DNA of 64,000 nucleotides from the human T2T-CHM13v2.0 reference genome, Homo sapiens: assembly GCF_009914755.1 (NCBI RefSeq), contig NC_060928.1; one strand, written 5' to 3'. Below, in pieces: positions 1-18,350 of this stretch. Both the position numbers and the translations under genes were made by a program. Within the stretch, counting starts at the first letter, position 1, and the number at the start of each line of letters is the position of its first letter. A model generated the notes under the pieces. That model did not search any database, was not told where the DNA came from, and saw only the letters and a list, made by a program, of their open reading frames with translations.

Positions 1-1479
1 TTATTTTCACAACATTTGAATACAGCAAAAATTACTATTTTTATATTAGTTAACATGTAGTCTGAGTAGTATTTCCACAGTCCAGCAAAACATATGAATG
101 TAATATTTAAGATACATAATTGCACATTATTTTAGGAGAAAAATTAGTAAAACGGGTGAATTTGTATTTGTTCCAAGGTGTAATTTTAATATGTTTCCAA
201 TGAAGACATTTGATGAGTAAAATACTGATGTGTCTTGTTTAGAAATATCTCTAACACCTGTCCAGCCAAACCTGAATGGAAACAAACACTTTACATTTAG
301 AATGTGTATTCTACAAACAACAACTACTTTTTAGGTATGTTCCGGGGCTCCATTATGTCACAGTGTCTTATGTGCAATGTTTATAGCAATAGTTCATTCA
401 TTCATTGATTTGTCAACAACATAGACTTAGACCTCTTATGCTTCAATTATGGTGTCAGGAATAAATAGGTGAAACAGAAATGACCTTTGCCTTGTAGAAT
501 TTTAAAAGGTGTATTATTCTGCCAAAAAAATCAATTGCAGCATTGTTTATGTAATCTAAGATGATCATTGTAGAATCAGGCAATTAACAATACAATATAC
601 ATATTTATGTTACCATAAGATTTATTTTTTGAGTAAGTGAATTATACCATTCTCTGATTACTAATGTAAAAGGTATGCAATGCTTATTTGTACATCTAGG
701 CAAAATTATAAAGTATTCAAATGTCTTCTCAGATGCCCTCTATTCTAATGTTTAAGTTTGCTAATTGCATATGTTCTACTCATCTATATCTCTGCTCCCA
801 AGGAGCCCCTGTATTTTCACGATCATCAGGTGTAACTCTTAATCTATCTGTATGCAGAAACGTCAACCTAGAAGCACAACACATCTTCTATTATATTCCC
901 GACCTCTTCCCCATCCAGGTCTGTAATATCAACCCTAGCACATATGTATTACTTTAGAGTCTTGCTTTTAGCTAAGGACTCAATGACCTACTAGGAGAAA
1001 AACAATATTGTTGGATAATTATGTATTTATTTTCTTTATTCAAGGATAAAATAATTAAGAAGTGCTTCTATTTTATATGGCAGTGTGCTAGGTGCTAAGG
1101 ATTAATCGTGGCAGAAGGTAGAAGTGAACTTTAGAGAAGGATTAAGACCAATGGTTATTATTTTATTATACACCATAGTATCAATAGGATCACTTGAACA
1201 AGAAATTCAGTATCTTCCAATTTCCAAATGTTCAACTGTATACATTATACTCATCTTATCTCAATGTATTTTCCCTCCAATTTGCTATGAATTTTTTATA
1301 TAGAGGACATCACTTTTGTACCATACCCATTATACCTTTAAAACATTTCCCACCAGAAGACTAAAAGATATGCACAATAACATTCACAATTCCAATTAAT
1401 TTTAAATAAAAGTAAAAATAAATAAGGATGATTTCTTTATATATAATTGAAACTTGATATACATTATTTGCCACTTAAA

Positions 1480-1616
1480 CTATCAGCAAGAGAATAAGCA
1501 TTATCTGGAAATTGTTTTTGCTTGAAATGGAGAATCTCAAGCCCCACTCTGAATAGGCATTTTAAAAGATCTTTAGATGTCTGTATTAATGGTATAATAA
1601 AATTTAAGAAGTACTG
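1480..1616. mobile_element. Degenerate MER5-like (hAT-Charlie) MITE
   Basis: Motifs 'gaatctcaagccccac...gcattttaaaagatc...aatttaagaagtactg' resemble MER5 by eye; highly diverged. Confidence 0.4.
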
Positions 1617-3771
1617 TTCTATAGAATTTTGTGGAGCTTGAAACAGAAAGAGATGAGGTTAAAATAAGATAACAAAAGGAATGGTAAGTTAAAAAGGAGA
1701 CACACTTGAATGGTCAGGATAGCGGCGGAGGAAAGATGAACTAGGATGGTAGTGCAGATGTTCAGCTTTGATTGTCCTTCAGCTTCTTTTCCTTTAGAGT
1801 ATCCAGTGATCCCTGGAACATTCTAAGATGTTCACTATTTGCTCCTTTAACTCAAGCAATATATATATATATATCACATTATGGGGCATGTATATGCATT
1901 TGGGGGCTGCAAGTCACTTGAAATAAATAACATCTTTACTAAGAAAAGTGAATGCTTTATTTTTGAGCAATTAATAACTGTAATTTTTTCTAATATACAT
2001 TCATGACAAAGAATGAATGACAAAGCCACCAAGTATCTAAAAACTATCTTTTCATGAAGCTCGGAAGAATATCCTATGTGGAGGCTTTCTTAACATCTTA
2101 ATGTAGAATAATTAACTCTCCCTTTTGTGCAATTGTAGAACTTCATTCCTGTCTTGCGGATTATGTGTCTGTCTCCTCATAAGACAGTCTCCTTGAACAC
2201 AGAGACCTGCTATCTCTGTTTCAGTAGCTTTAATTTGTGGCATCACCTGTACATAGTAGGTGCTTCATACCTACTTTAACAGTGAAGAACTCATAGGCTC
2301 AATGACAGAATGAATGATAGACTACATTGTTTAAGCAACATATCTTTCATTTGGCATCATAGTTTAATAAGAGAAGAAAGGGAAGAGCTGTGTCCTTAGG
2401 AGAGTTATGAAAAGGGTCATTAAGCAACAGGGACCCATCCCTTGATTTTTCAAGTGGCAGCTGCTCCATTCACTCAGCGGGTAATGCCAGCTACTCCATC
2501 ACTGCTAACCCCAGGGAAGGCCACTTAGTGTGCAACTGCCACTTTAGGGGGATTTCATATTTGCAGAGTTAGCAGACTATGTAATCTATTGCATTTTCTA
2601 TATATGTTCCACACAACTTTTGAACACAAACAGGAAGATGTTTTAAAGAAATATATTGAAACCCGTTGTCCTCTCTGCCACAGCCAGGGTCATTGGAGTT
2701 ATAGAGTTATAGGAGTTCGTTTGAAAATAGATAATCAAGAGAAGCAAGGTAATGTAAGTAAAAGCATAAAATGAATTTTATGTATCATTAATTCTGATAA
2801 CTGATTTTATTGCTTTGGAAAATTATTATGGCAGTCTGCTACAAAACACTTAACCTAATTTAAATTTCTGAGCACAATTTTTGGCAAATCATTAGAAGCA
2901 ATATTTTTAATCAATGAAGTGGATCTAATTTGGATCTCAGACACACCAAGATAGAAAGAGAAAAAAAAAAAGTTTCCTAAGGTTAGCACTTCATATTTCA
3001 CAGCTGTGTTTTAAATGTTGTTATATGGAGCAAAATTGAATGATGACTTTTTATTTCTATACAGAAATCCCACAAAAGCTCAAAGTCTAAACTGTTTCCT
3101 TGCTGACATATTTGAATTGATATTTTTACAGAGTCATTATGTTTTCAGGAACTACTTTATTACCATAGAGGATAATAATAATTTTTCCAAGAGCCAGATG
3201 ATGTTTAGGAGTTCCATTAGAACACCTAACACATTGTTTTAGGAGTCAGAATTTTAAAATTGCTATTACTTTGGTCTGAAGAAAAACTTAAGCTTAAGGA
3301 GTTATTCTGAGTCTCAAAAATTCGAATTAGAAAGATAGGATCACACAGCTTTCTGAAGTTCAATTATTTTAGTTAGTTCAGAATTGTCTGGCGGCATCGT
3401 CTTTATCAAAAGGTTTGGCTGCATCAAATATTAATGATATAAATATTGATTTCATGCAGATGAAAGAGGAAATCTCTACTTTGTCATTTGCTCACTAGAA
3501 AATGTTGGTAAATGTGAGAAAAGAGGTTTCTATCAGTCAGTTGACTACAAGCTGTGAATTGTAGGCAGTCCTTACAGAATTCTGGCTTTATTTCCTTGTT
3601 TTATTTATTCCTAGAGCAATCATCCATGATACCAGCAAATAAAGCTATCCACTGCACTTAACCTAAAACCTAGATGAGGTCAGTGACTGTCAGAGTCAAA
3701 TGGGAGCCAGCAGTACATAAACTGGTCCCTCATCTGGACATGGTTGAGGAATGCAAACATTTTTTAAAATG

Positions 3772-3778
3772 GTGTGTG

Positions 3779-3819
<41 letters not shown>
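3772..3819. repeat. (GT)n microsatellite, ~24 units with one GC interruption
   Basis: Directly visible. Confidence 0.97.
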
Positions 3820-3820
<1 letters not shown>

Positions 3821-4841
3821 GATAGGAGGAAAAGTGGATTAACTCTGCTTATTCTAGGCTTTAAAACCAATGGGCAAGATTCTGCTTTTTATGTAGATGC
3901 TTATTATTCCTGATGAAGTCAAGATGCACGTAAGTAAAAGCAGAAAGCTGCCCATCTCATTCTAGGTACTAAAATGTTTCACCTTTGCCTTAAAATGTTC
4001 CTGTACTTTACATGACCAAAGGAAAAAAAAGTCACATACAAAGCACCGATTTTTATTATTCGTAATTGACAACTCAGTTTTCTACTAATATGCTTTTCTT
4101 TTAGGAGGTGTAAAGTAGATGAGATGTATAGAAGATTAATTTAATATGATTTGATGAGAAAAGTTAGGTTCTTACAAAATGATATCAGAAACCAATTTAC
4201 TATGTGGTCCTCAGACAAAGAGGAGGGCCACCTGTATCTCAAGGGGACGAGCTAATGTTCCTTAAAGAGTTAAAAATTCTGAGCCTCTTAGCAGAACATG
4301 CACTTGAACAGATAACTGAACCAATGAACTTTGGAATAGAACATGAGAGCTGCATTTTTCACAGAGGAAATCCAAAATGTATAATCTATGTCTGGTAGAG
4401 TGATGGATTTCTTTTCAGAAAATCTAGTATGTCATCATTAAGGGGGAGATAAGATTATCAGACATTACATTGTGATACTGATGATTTAATCTTCTTCTTC
4501 ACAGGGCATTCACCAAACAGGAATGCCAAATGTTTCTGGCAAGAGCTGCAGCCAGAGAAGATGATACTCTGAGAGATACCCCACATTTAGGTGATATTTG
4601 AAATACCATAGTTTTATCTTCAGAATTTCAGAGGACATAGAGGAAATGCATTCGAGTTTCTTCAGAATGTTGTGCAACAATATAGTTTATACAGAAATAA
4701 CTCCTTTTAAAATGTGATGGATTGGTACACAGAGAATAATTTTAAAATAAATTTTGGAATAGTAACTGTTAGTCATATAGACTATTTCCACATGAATTCA
4801 TTTGAATCAAACATTTAGATCATTTAAATATGCACATGCAG

Positions 4842-5140
<299 letters not shown>

Positions 5141-5397
5141 ATGCACATAGTGAATGCCTATCCTTTCCTGAATAATTAGATACCAGGAGTTTCTTGAACT
5201 CTCTGAATAACTTACACATTTTATTAAAATAAAGCATGTTATTTTATCCTCACAACTCAGTAAACTTTGGTCTTTAGCAAAAGTTTAGTTTGGGAAATTA
5301 ATGATTAGGTTTCACAGGAAGTAAGAGAAGCAGAGATCAAAACTGTATTTTCTCCTGTGAAACCATTTTTTAAATTATTATTATTGCCTCCCAATAA

Positions 5398-5729
<332 letters not shown>

Positions 5730-6204
5730 AAGACTCAGTCTTTTTTATTTAAAATAGGCTAAATGTATTATGTGTGGAAAGGTTCAGATAATAGAGTAAC
5801 CTAATACCTTATAAGACAATGATGACCACTGACAAATAGACTCCCAAGAAACAACTCTGCTTACTGCTCTAAATGGAGCTACCAGAGAAGATGGATCATG
5901 TTGCAGAATGCTGTATGGAGTATTATAAGAAGAGAAAGAAGGTCAGTGTGAATAATTAAAAGGAAAGGAGGGGCAGAATGGAATGAAATAAAACTAGAGA
6001 AATAAGCAGGAGCACACAACACTAGATTATTTGATATCTGACCTGAGTTGAGTATGTTCATAGTTACTCATTCATTTGTTTTGCTTTAATTACTACATAC
6101 TCCTTGGTCAATATGCTAATCTTGTTTTCTAAAGACATGGTAAATGGCAGCACTTGAGAATACTTAATTTTTGCACTAAATTATTATTGTGCATTGAAAG
6201 CCTC

Positions 6205-6626
6205 TGTGGCAGTCTCAGAAATGCACCACTGAGATGCCCTAATAATTGTCTGATATGGATCCATCTGCTGCCACTCTGGATTCCACCACATTTATGCCTA
6301 GGCAGTGCTGCAGCTGATGAATGAGCACTCTTGAGGTTCTAATGAAGACCATTTCCTTGAGATGTGGGACTTAATCTACTGAGTGACTTTGGCTGTAGGA
6401 CTTCCTGTTGGCCTTGCCAAATCTTTCTTGAAGTTGCGCTGCATTCTGAGACTTCTTATTCAAACTTGCTGTTTTCTCCTTATTCTTTTCAGCAGACTTG
6501 TGGCTAAAGATCTCCTCACCTTGTTTATCTCCCTCACCTTTATTCTTAACTCTCATGTTCTTCAATAATTCACTGTGCATCAAATTCTGTCTTAGTGTAT
6601 GTTTCTCAGAGGAACATCACAAACAA
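6205..6626 (+). mobile_element. ERVL-class LTR (LTR16-family-like), 5' LTR of adjacent internal remnant
   Basis: Starts tgtggcag, contains 'gagatgtgggac...gactttggctgtaggacttcc...ggccttgccaaatctttc', ends near 'gtttctcagaggaacatcacaaaca'; ERVL internal sequence follows directly. Confidence 0.6.
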
Positions 6627-8990
6627 ATGTTTGCAGTAGTAGTCTGAAAAAACAGGCAAGAAGTTAGAAAACCCCAGCTGGTGCTGTTCCAGTTATTAAA
6701 GATTTCACTGTTGGAGACCTGCAAAATGTCCTAGTGGTAAGTGCAACGATTTCAGATTTGAAAGATATGAGAAGATCAATGCCCATAGTAATATCAGAGT
6801 TAGCCAGTTACAACTGAGTTGTATCGACACATTGCAGAGAAATAGTGAAAAACTGAGGTAACAAGCAGTTTAGAGGCTACGTATGAAAGGGAATTTTTTT
6901 GGTAACTTACAAAGAGACATTAATTTCTGGGAATGGATAAGTCTGCACAGCTGAAAAGCAGACTGGGCATCTGATAATTATAGCTCTCAGGTAACAGTTA
7001 CATTTCCAAGTGAAATAGGTTATTATGCTAAGGTCAGAGCCTTATTGTTAAAACCTGGGACCCAGAAATATGGGATGAGACTAGATGAGTGCCTCACATG
7101 ATGTTGGCTGCACAAAGCCTTTTAATTTCTCCTAGCTTGTGAACGTGGCCAACCCATCCCTAATAGGAGTCAGAATTTCTCCTAGGCTGGAAGATGCTGC
7201 TTCAACAAGACAATAAGGCATCTACTCATGAGTTGTCTCTATCTTCTCTCTTGGCCTCCAGTTTCACTAGGGTTAAATTCAAGGGAGAGTTATTTGGAAC
7301 TTGCTGATCCTGATAAGGGAAGAAAAGGATTATATGATAAAGCAGTTGTAATGATTAGATTTAAAAAGTTCACAGGAGGCAAGAGAGTATTCCTAATATT
7401 GATTTAGATTGAGTTTGCTTACCTGGACCAGAATATAAGACATTGTAAACAAGAAGAGCCATTGATTTGGAGACATTTTCTTGGGATTCCATATTTTGTA
7501 CCCAGGGAAGGACTCCACAAGTTTGGGAAGCTCACTGCTGGAGTGGATCTTAGAGGTACAGAGAAAGTGATGGCCAACACTAAATGACGTATAAATGAAT
7601 GTGTTTTCCCTGCAGGTTGTAGGGTAATAAATAAACAGCTGACATGAGTAGAAATGCTGGGTTGGATATAGAATGTGAGGTTGGAAGAGTCACAGAGGAT
7701 AACATTTCTATTTCACTTGTAGCCCAGAGGACCCACTATTCATCAAGGCTACCAGAATACACTTTTGTGGAATACCAACATCACCAACAAGTTCAATAAC
7801 AACTTTCCTCTATGAGTTAATTCTTAGGTAAGGAAAGCAGTCAGAAAGCCTGTTTTGATAATATCAATGGAGATAATATAGCTCTAAAGTAATAGAAGTC
7901 AGATGGCAGAAGTGACAGTGCTAAATTATCAAAATTCAGGACTCTGTATTTACCTTAACTATCAGCATGATGGAAGGGCATTCAAGGGAGCTGACACAGT
8001 GAGTTGTGGAAATGGTAAAGACAGCATGGTATCAGTAGGGGGCAAAAGACATGGGCAGCCAGCAAGGGTAGTTCTTAACATTTATAACCAGAAAAAGTAG
8101 AGCAAAGGAGAGCAGAAAGATAAAACACTTATCCCAATGAAAAGTCCTCATTTCTTGCTCAGAACCAAGGCCAGACCTTTTTTATGTCAAGAACCCTTTG
8201 ACTGAAGAAGAGGCTGCGTACCCAGGAGGAAAGGTCTTGCAACATGACTACAAGTATATTTATAATTTCTCTAATCTCCCCCAAAATGACTTATGGTCAT
8301 TTAAGCAGGTGAATTTGCAGTGGGAACCATAGAATACCCAGGCATTGCAAGCAGTGAGACAGATAGTATGAATTGATAATAATATCTGAAGACCCAAAGC
8401 ATCTAATTGGCCCCTGTTAGAATAGCATACTAGCTAAATTTCTGCTCACAATAAAGCTAATAAGTTTTGAAAGCCTAAGATTTGAGATCACCAGTGACCT
8501 CATTTAATAAAGTTGCTCTATTTGTTTATTACATTACCAACATTACTAGATGCACAGCAGGCAGGCACCGTGGTATAATATAAAAAGCATGGCCTTTAGG
8601 CATGTGACCTCCATGGATGCACCCAGTGGTATTTCTTCAAGTTTTGAGTGTATAAGTGGAATTGATACACTTGGCAGATAGTGTAACCCACATTCAGTCT
8701 TGGCCTGTGGATAAAAATTATCACAGTGGAAAAGCCCAAGCAGAAATCTCTGAAGGTATACCCCCAACTCCTCCACCACACACAATCTGGCCAATAGAGT
8801 AAATCCAGATGAATATATCCTGGGAGGGGGAAAAGATGGTGGAGTTTAGTGACATGATTACAGACTGAAATGATGCACTGGTATGATAAAAGTCTGTATC
8901 GTACCTGTATTTATTTGCCATTTAGTCACTGTAGAAGCTAGAAAGTTCTGAAAAAAATAAATGTAGACTACTATATTTAATAGTATCCCA
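6627..8990 (+). mobile_element. Decayed ERVL internal region (gag-protease-start of RT; ERV3-16A3/ERVL-E-like)
   Basis: gag-like 'tgggacccagaaatatgggatg' (~7057), protease-like 'gtgaatttgcagtgggaaccatagaatacccag...gacccaaagc' (~8310-8400), RT-start-like 'tgtagaagctagaaagttctg...gtagactac' (~8930-8970); no open frames. Confidence 0.7.
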
Positions 8991-9028
8991 GCATAAAGAG
9001 CTGAAGGAGAAGGAACTGGGGCATGGCA

Positions 9029-9310
9029 TCAAGTGACATAAGCCAGACATAAAAGAACACATATTGTATAATTTGATTTATATGAAATGTACATAAAAGA
9101 CAAATCTATAGAGACAGGAAATAGATTAGTAGTCACTTGGAGCAGAGGCAGTAGTGCACAATTAATTGTAAACATGCACTTTGGTTTATGCAATATTCTA
9201 AAACTCAATGTTACTGATGACTTTAAGACTGCAAATTTACTAAAAGTCATTTCATTGTATACTTAAAGTGGGTGAATTTTATGGTATATACTTAAATTTT
9301 AAACTATTTA
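9029..9310 (+). mobile_element. Old L1M (MB/ME-type) 3' end fragment
   Basis: 'aagccagacataaaagaacacatattgtataatttgatttatatgaaatg...acttaaagtgggtgaattttatgg'. Confidence 0.75.
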
Positions 9311-9889
9311 CTCAATGTTATTAAGAAAACTACATGTAAAAGGTATGAGGAAAAACAACCAAAACCCAAGCTAATCAAGAGATCCATAAAGCATTTTTAT
9401 TTAAAACATGTACACAGGCACACAAACACACACCCACACACACACATTCCACTATCCTAATTATGTAAAAAATTCTTAATATTAAGAAAGAATATATTCA
9501 GAATTATTTCTAATGCCGTTCTCTAGATGATTTTTAATTTTATTGTCGATGTTTTTATACTGTATACATTTTATGCTATGATATTCTAAAGTAATAAATA
9601 TATTTAAAAGAAAAATTGCACCATACATGGCATTTTCATTATAAGTCTAAGTAACTAATGAGTAATTTGAAGCTATAAGAGGTGCTAAAAAGCTTTTAAA
9701 AATGTTATGCTGTTAAAAATGTGTGTCTTCATAATTAGTGAAAAAAAGAAAAAATTAAAAATCCATTTATACAAGTGACACTAATAAAATAATAAGAAAA
9801 ATTTCCAAGATCTCAAAATAAATAAATAATATCAATTGGCAGAGACAATAAAAAGATTTGACATATTTTTTAATTAAAAAAGAAACTTA

Positions 9890-10330
9890 CAATGAAAGAA
9901 GCCAATCTGTTAAACCTACATACTATATGATTCCAATTACATGACATTCTGGAAAAGGTAAAATTCTACTGACAGTTAAAGATCAGTAGTTAGCAGGGCC
10001 TGGGCAGGAGAGGGGATTAAGGAATAGGCAGAGCACAGGCAATAGCGAGGCTGGTGAAACTATCCTGTGTTATACTGCATTGATGGATACATGTCGTTAT
10101 GCTTTTGGCAAAACCCACAGAACTATACAGCAGAGAGAGTAAACCCTAATGTAAACTCCATAAATTTCCTTAATAATAATGCGCCAATATTGATTCAGCT
10201 ATTATAATGAATGAATTACACCAATGTTACTTAGTGACATTGTATGCAAGGTAGGGGGTATATAGAACTTAATTCATTTTCTATTCAAGTCCTATTTGAA
10301 AACTTCTCTAAGAAATAGACTATTAATTTA
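9890..10330 (+). mobile_element. Old L1MC-type 3' end fragment
   Basis: 'tatatgattccaattacatgacattctggaaaagg...gagtaaaccctaatgtaaact'. Confidence 0.75.
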
Positions 10331-11284
10331 TTTTTGTAAGTAATTTTAGTCTTTTCTGAAGGTATGTATAATAAAATGACAAAAATATTTCATCTTTTTA
10401 CGTAATTAAATCATGAAAATTTAAAACTATTGATAAACAATGCTGGGAGTTATAGAAAATGTATACACATATATTACATAATATTACTTTGACACTTGAA
10501 TGGATGATACTGTTTTAAAGAACAATATGGTGGTATATTTCAAGCATCTTAAAAATGTTATTTTTGATATGATAATCGTGGTCTTAAAAATGTATATTAA
10601 GATAATACGAAGAAATATAAAATAATATATTTATTTTTTAATAAGCATGATGTTTGATAACAATAACAAAATTAGTAGATGATTAACATTAACTGAGTGT
10701 TTTTCCTCTGACACTATGGTAACTTCATTACATCTGTAAACTATATCTCAAACAATGATACAATGATTAAATAATTTAATTGCCGTACACTTGGTGAAAT
10801 GTTTTAACTATTAAACAGAGGTATGAATGTTAGAAGAAAATATGATACATATTTATAATATAATGCTAAATTATAAAGCAACTACAAAATATTAGATTGC
10901 AATACCATGAAAACACTCAAGGATGTAAAAAAAAAAAGAAGATATTAAAAAGTGAAAACATTTTGTTTGGATAGTGTAATTCTGGATGCTTATGTTTTCT
11001 TTTGTAAAATGTCGATTCTTAGTATAATGTTCTCTGGGCATTAAGTATAACATTTGGCATTATAGTACTGCATAATAATAGCATAAAATCTTATGCAGCA
11101 TTTACCATATTACAAGCACTTTCTAAAATTTAGAAATCTATTCTACACATCTATCTCCATTATTAACCTGGTTTAATAGATAAAATAATGAAAAAAACAA
11201 GCATTTCAAATAACAGATGGCACAGCTAATAAATGGCAGAGCCACTATCAAATATCTTAGACAATGAATGTACAATCAATTCAT

Positions 11285-11660
11285 CTTATTTTATTATTTT
11301 TGATACATTTTATTATGTATATTTGAAGTATACAATGTCATACAATACCATATATATAGTCAAATGGTTGCTATAGTAGAACAAGTTAACATATCTGTTA
11401 TCTTACGTAATTACCCATTATTCCCCCCAACCACCACTCCGCTGGCATGAACAGCGATAGCCTACTCATTTAGCAATAATTGGGAATCCAATACGTTATT
11501 ATTAACTATAGTCCTCATGTTGTACATTAGCCTTCTGACTTGTTCAGCCTACATATTTGCTACTTTCTGTACTTTCACCTATATATTTCCATTTTCTGTC
11601 ACCTCTACCACCATAACCACTGTTTTATACTCTATCTTTATATTAACACATTTGGCCTTT
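11285..11660 (-). mobile_element. L1MA (MA8/9-like) 3' end
   Basis: T-rich tail then 'tatatttgaagtatacaatg...ttattattaactatagtcctcatgttgtacattag'. Confidence 0.75.
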
Positions 11661-12495
11661 ATAAAATGATCTAGGATGTCCAGTCTTCAGATCATGTTAT
11701 AGGGATAATTTGAAACAAGAAAGTGGTTTCTAGTGATATTTTGAGAAACTAACCCTCCTGTGATAAAGGGCCAGCAAGATGTAGGTTTTAAACTCTTCTA
11801 TGGGAATTAACTAAACTTTTATTTGTAAAACAGGTGAAAGTGAAACAGTACTTGTCCTCATCTCACATGATATTGACTGTATGTTATGTAAGATAGTCAG
11901 AGTAGGAAATATCAGCTTTGTACAGATTTTTTTTAAAAAATCCGAGGCTCAGGGAGAAGAAATTCTTTTCATGGGTACCTATAACAATAGCAAGTATGGA
12001 CCCACAACTATTCCTGTCAGTGTCCGTGTCCTAGCAGTTCTGCCTTACTTGGATATCTCCTGGATTTGCCTTCACTCTGTATTTTCCACTGGGTTTCGTT
12101 ATCTGTGCAATACCATTTTTAATTTATCTGTAGAAATAACTTTTCAGAAATCTGTTCTAAAAAGGTTTCAGGTAGAAGAAGATGAGGAATGTAAGAGCAT
12201 AAGAAGCTTACTTTTAATTTTCATCACACCAATTTGAGAGTAAGAGAAGGAATTGTTAGCCTTAAACTCAAGGATGTATACATGTTTTTCTTTCTCCTCA
12301 AAAAAAAAAAAATATAGCTAATTAGAACAATTTGACCCTTTCACTGAGCAGTACAGATGAATATTCCATCCTCCTTAGTATTGTATTTTCCCAGTGGCAA
12401 CCACAATCTAGTGCCTGAAAAGAGAAAATGAACTTACACAGTCATGCTGATTAGCTGACTTAGTTGACTTATTAATTTTTAAAATTAAAATTAAA

Positions 12496-12791
12496 TTTTT
12501 TTTTGGAAACAAGTCTTGCTCTGTCACCTAGGCTTGAGTGTGGTGACATCATCATAGCTCATTGTAGCCTGGAACTCCTAGGCTCAAGCGATTCTCCCTC
12601 CTTAGCCTTCTGAATAGCTAGGACTGCAGGCGCAGACCACCATTCCTGGATAATATTTAATTTTTTTTTTTTTTTTGTAGAGACAAGTCTCGCTATGTTC
12701 CCCAGGCTGGTCTCTAACTCCTGGCCTCCAGCAGTCCTGCCTTTGCCTCCCAAAGTGCTGGGATTACAGATGTGAGCTACCACACCCAGTC
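12496..12791 (-). mobile_element. AluJ-type SINE
   Basis: 'atcatagctcattgtagcctggaactcctaggctcaagcgattctcc' J-type features; both arms present. Confidence 0.92.
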
Positions 12792-15700
12792 AATTTTATT
12801 TAAAATACATAATGACACCCTTGTAATTAGTGTCAATTTTATAATTAAATAATAGTTCTATAAACATATTATTTTGTATCATTTCTATTATAGATGACAA
12901 ATTTTATTACTTGCCAGTTATATCAAGCTTCCTAAAAACATTATTTTATATACCTAATTGAACAAATACATGTTCTTAAATATTAAACAATTCTAGTTAT
13001 TAATTTAAAAATATGTAATAAAAGCAAAGATAAATGCTACTTTTTTCTTTTTTTTAGTTTTGTGAGGCTTTCAAGCTTATTCGATGTATTGGGTGTTTTT
13101 TGTTTTTAAATAGTTCAACATTTTAATTCAAAATCAAATATAGGATGTTGGGAAGAACTTAGCAAATAAAGATCCTGAAGCTTAGGTTGTATTAGCTTCA
13201 TGGTAAATCAATCTGTACTAATATATATTGAATGCTTTTTCCAGTAGCCTGTATAGTAAATACTTGTCATGCATTATTTCATATTTTTCTAATAATGATC
13301 GTAAGAGATAGATACTTTTATTAAACACAATTGATGAATAAGGATGCTGAGGCAGAGAAAAATTTAAAAAACACTCTTAATAAATTGTTGATCCTGGAAT
13401 CATGCCTAGCAGCCTGTTTCTTAAATTACTTAAAATATTAATTTTTTTAAAAGGTGATATATAAAAAAACAGGAGAGACCTCCATTATTTTTCCCAACAC
13501 CTTTGTTTCATAAAAAAATCTCTAAAATCAAATAAGTCATGTTACTTACCCAAGGTTATATAGGGAGGCTATTCGTCACAAAGTTAAAACTAAAACTTCA
13601 AGTGATGTTTGAATCTCATCTCTGTTACTTTTCCTTTCAATATTTCCACCAAGAGCATATTTTGAAAGACAATGGCAAATCACTGTGGCACTCAGCCATA
13701 TTAAGTGATTTTGCTTCAGTACTATTTGCTTTCCAGCAATTCCAAGTTTAGCAACCTTATTTATTTTATTTTTTTCACTAACACTTTGTATATATCTTTT
13801 GATATCTCCAGTCACAGAGATCTAGGCCATGGAAAGTCACAATGTCAGATTCCATTTGTTCTTCTGCCCATTGCAATTTTGTTCCTGCAAAGCTTTCAAT
13901 TCTACTAGCTAGTTTTATTCTAGCTTTGGAGTTGGTTACTTGCTTCACTGTCTGTATAAATTATGTACTTTCTCTTTTGTCCCACTGCTAATTCAGTGAC
14001 ACGTAATTCTAAGCTGATCTGTCAGTCTTATGGATTTGTATTCAATATTATTCACATTTTGCTTAGTTCGTAGAGACCCTTATTCACATTTTTGACAGGA
14101 GAATATTTATCTGACTTGTGAAAATGTGTGCCATATATGGACAAGCATATAAACATAATCATTATTTCCATAGCCTTCTTCATAAATTTACATCTGTCTT
14201 TTTCAAGGTAAGTGGCTATAAGATAACGAAACATATATTTGCATATTTGTAATTTATAATTTTAACTTCAAAAATATTTTCCAGAAAAAATAAAATACAT
14301 TATTAATTTTATTAGAAAATAGAATAAGGATTTTATACACTGTGAAACTTTGTTCCACACTTTTTCAAATGACAAGAGGAGAAAATGAGCTATGAGATCT
14401 ACTAAAATATAGCAATCTCATAACCAGAACTTTCACTTCACTAATACGATATTGCCTGAAACAGAAGAAAGATTAGTAACTTCCCCAGAGTTCAGGACTA
14501 TTGGCTTAAATAAACCAGTTTTTTTTCCCCAAGATACTGACTTTAAAAGTAGTGAAAAACACTATGTATTTTTAAAGAAACTATTTAATACATGAATATA
14601 TTGGATATATTATAGTTGTCTGATGTATAAACTTTGAAAGTTAGATTTCAGTAAACTTATCATTGCCCAAAGTGAACACTAAAATGTTGGATCAGATCAG
14701 TGGCTTAAAACACATTAACAAAAAAACCCAAACTTTCTTTTAGAAAAATATGACAAGAATGCTGTATGTTTAAAGCAGGTATACTGAAACTCCTCAATTT
14801 CAAAATGTGTTTGGACACCTTGGAGTCTTGTTTATTCTTCCTGCCAGCGCTTTCATCTATAGGCTCAGAGGAGTAGTCTGCATCTCAAGAGATTCTGTAG
14901 AAAACAGTGTGAAAACTTCTGGCTTCAAATGTGTTTTTAAAATTATGAAAGTTTTAAACATGCTTACCCTTTCCATTTCTATCTCCTCTATTTGTGGAAA
15001 AAGATTCTCTGTTAAGACAAAGTAAATCAGCATACACTTTTTACTTATGGGACATTAACATTCAGCTATGAATGAAAATATGTTTTCTACATAGCATCTG
15101 GCTCAATTTTGGTGTGAAGCTTGTGTTAATTGTGAAGATAAAAAATCCCTGACATGCATGGCATCCCATTTACTGAAGTTTTTACCTATATTTACTTGGG
15201 ATGATATTAAAGTGAATGGCAAAGTATTGGGAGGCCAAGAGCCTTTGGCATTTTCTTGATATGGGAGCAATGATATCTATAATATTTTCCTTCTCCACAG
15301 AAAAAAATGAAGTGATACTGAAACCCCAGAGGCATACAGAGACTACTCACAGTAACAAATACTTGAACATGCATGGTTGTGATCACCACAATATCCTCAC
15401 TCAATTTTCTCATCTGGCTTCTTCAAGGAAAAAAGAAAAAGAAAAAAAAAAGACATAGAAAAATTAATAAATAATGTCTAAACTTATTCAGGTGGTAGCC
15501 CGAATTGTAGTCATTTTACTATAACATATTATCTATGTTATTAGAGCTGATCTTTACAAACATTGGTACTTGGTATGAAGCTGTTTATGTATGGAAGGCT
15601 TTTATTCAGTCCTCATTATTAGAAATAATCAAAAGCAATATGCAATTACAGGGCAAGAAAAATAGCATAAAAAATCTATGTTAACTCTCCTGCTATCTGT

Positions 15701-15819
15701 GACTATGTAGTCGCAAACTTATTCAGCAGAACATTGTGCTGGCCTACTATATTAATGAATAATGTTAAGTGGACCTGAGCAGAAAGTGGCAAATTTCCTA
15801 GACATCATAGAAAGACACA

Positions 15820-18350
<2,531 letters not shown>

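Noticed and set aside
13676-13715. Small hairpin gcaaatcact...agtgattttgc
   Set aside because: About 10-bp imperfect stem; too short for a pre-miRNA and plausible by chance.
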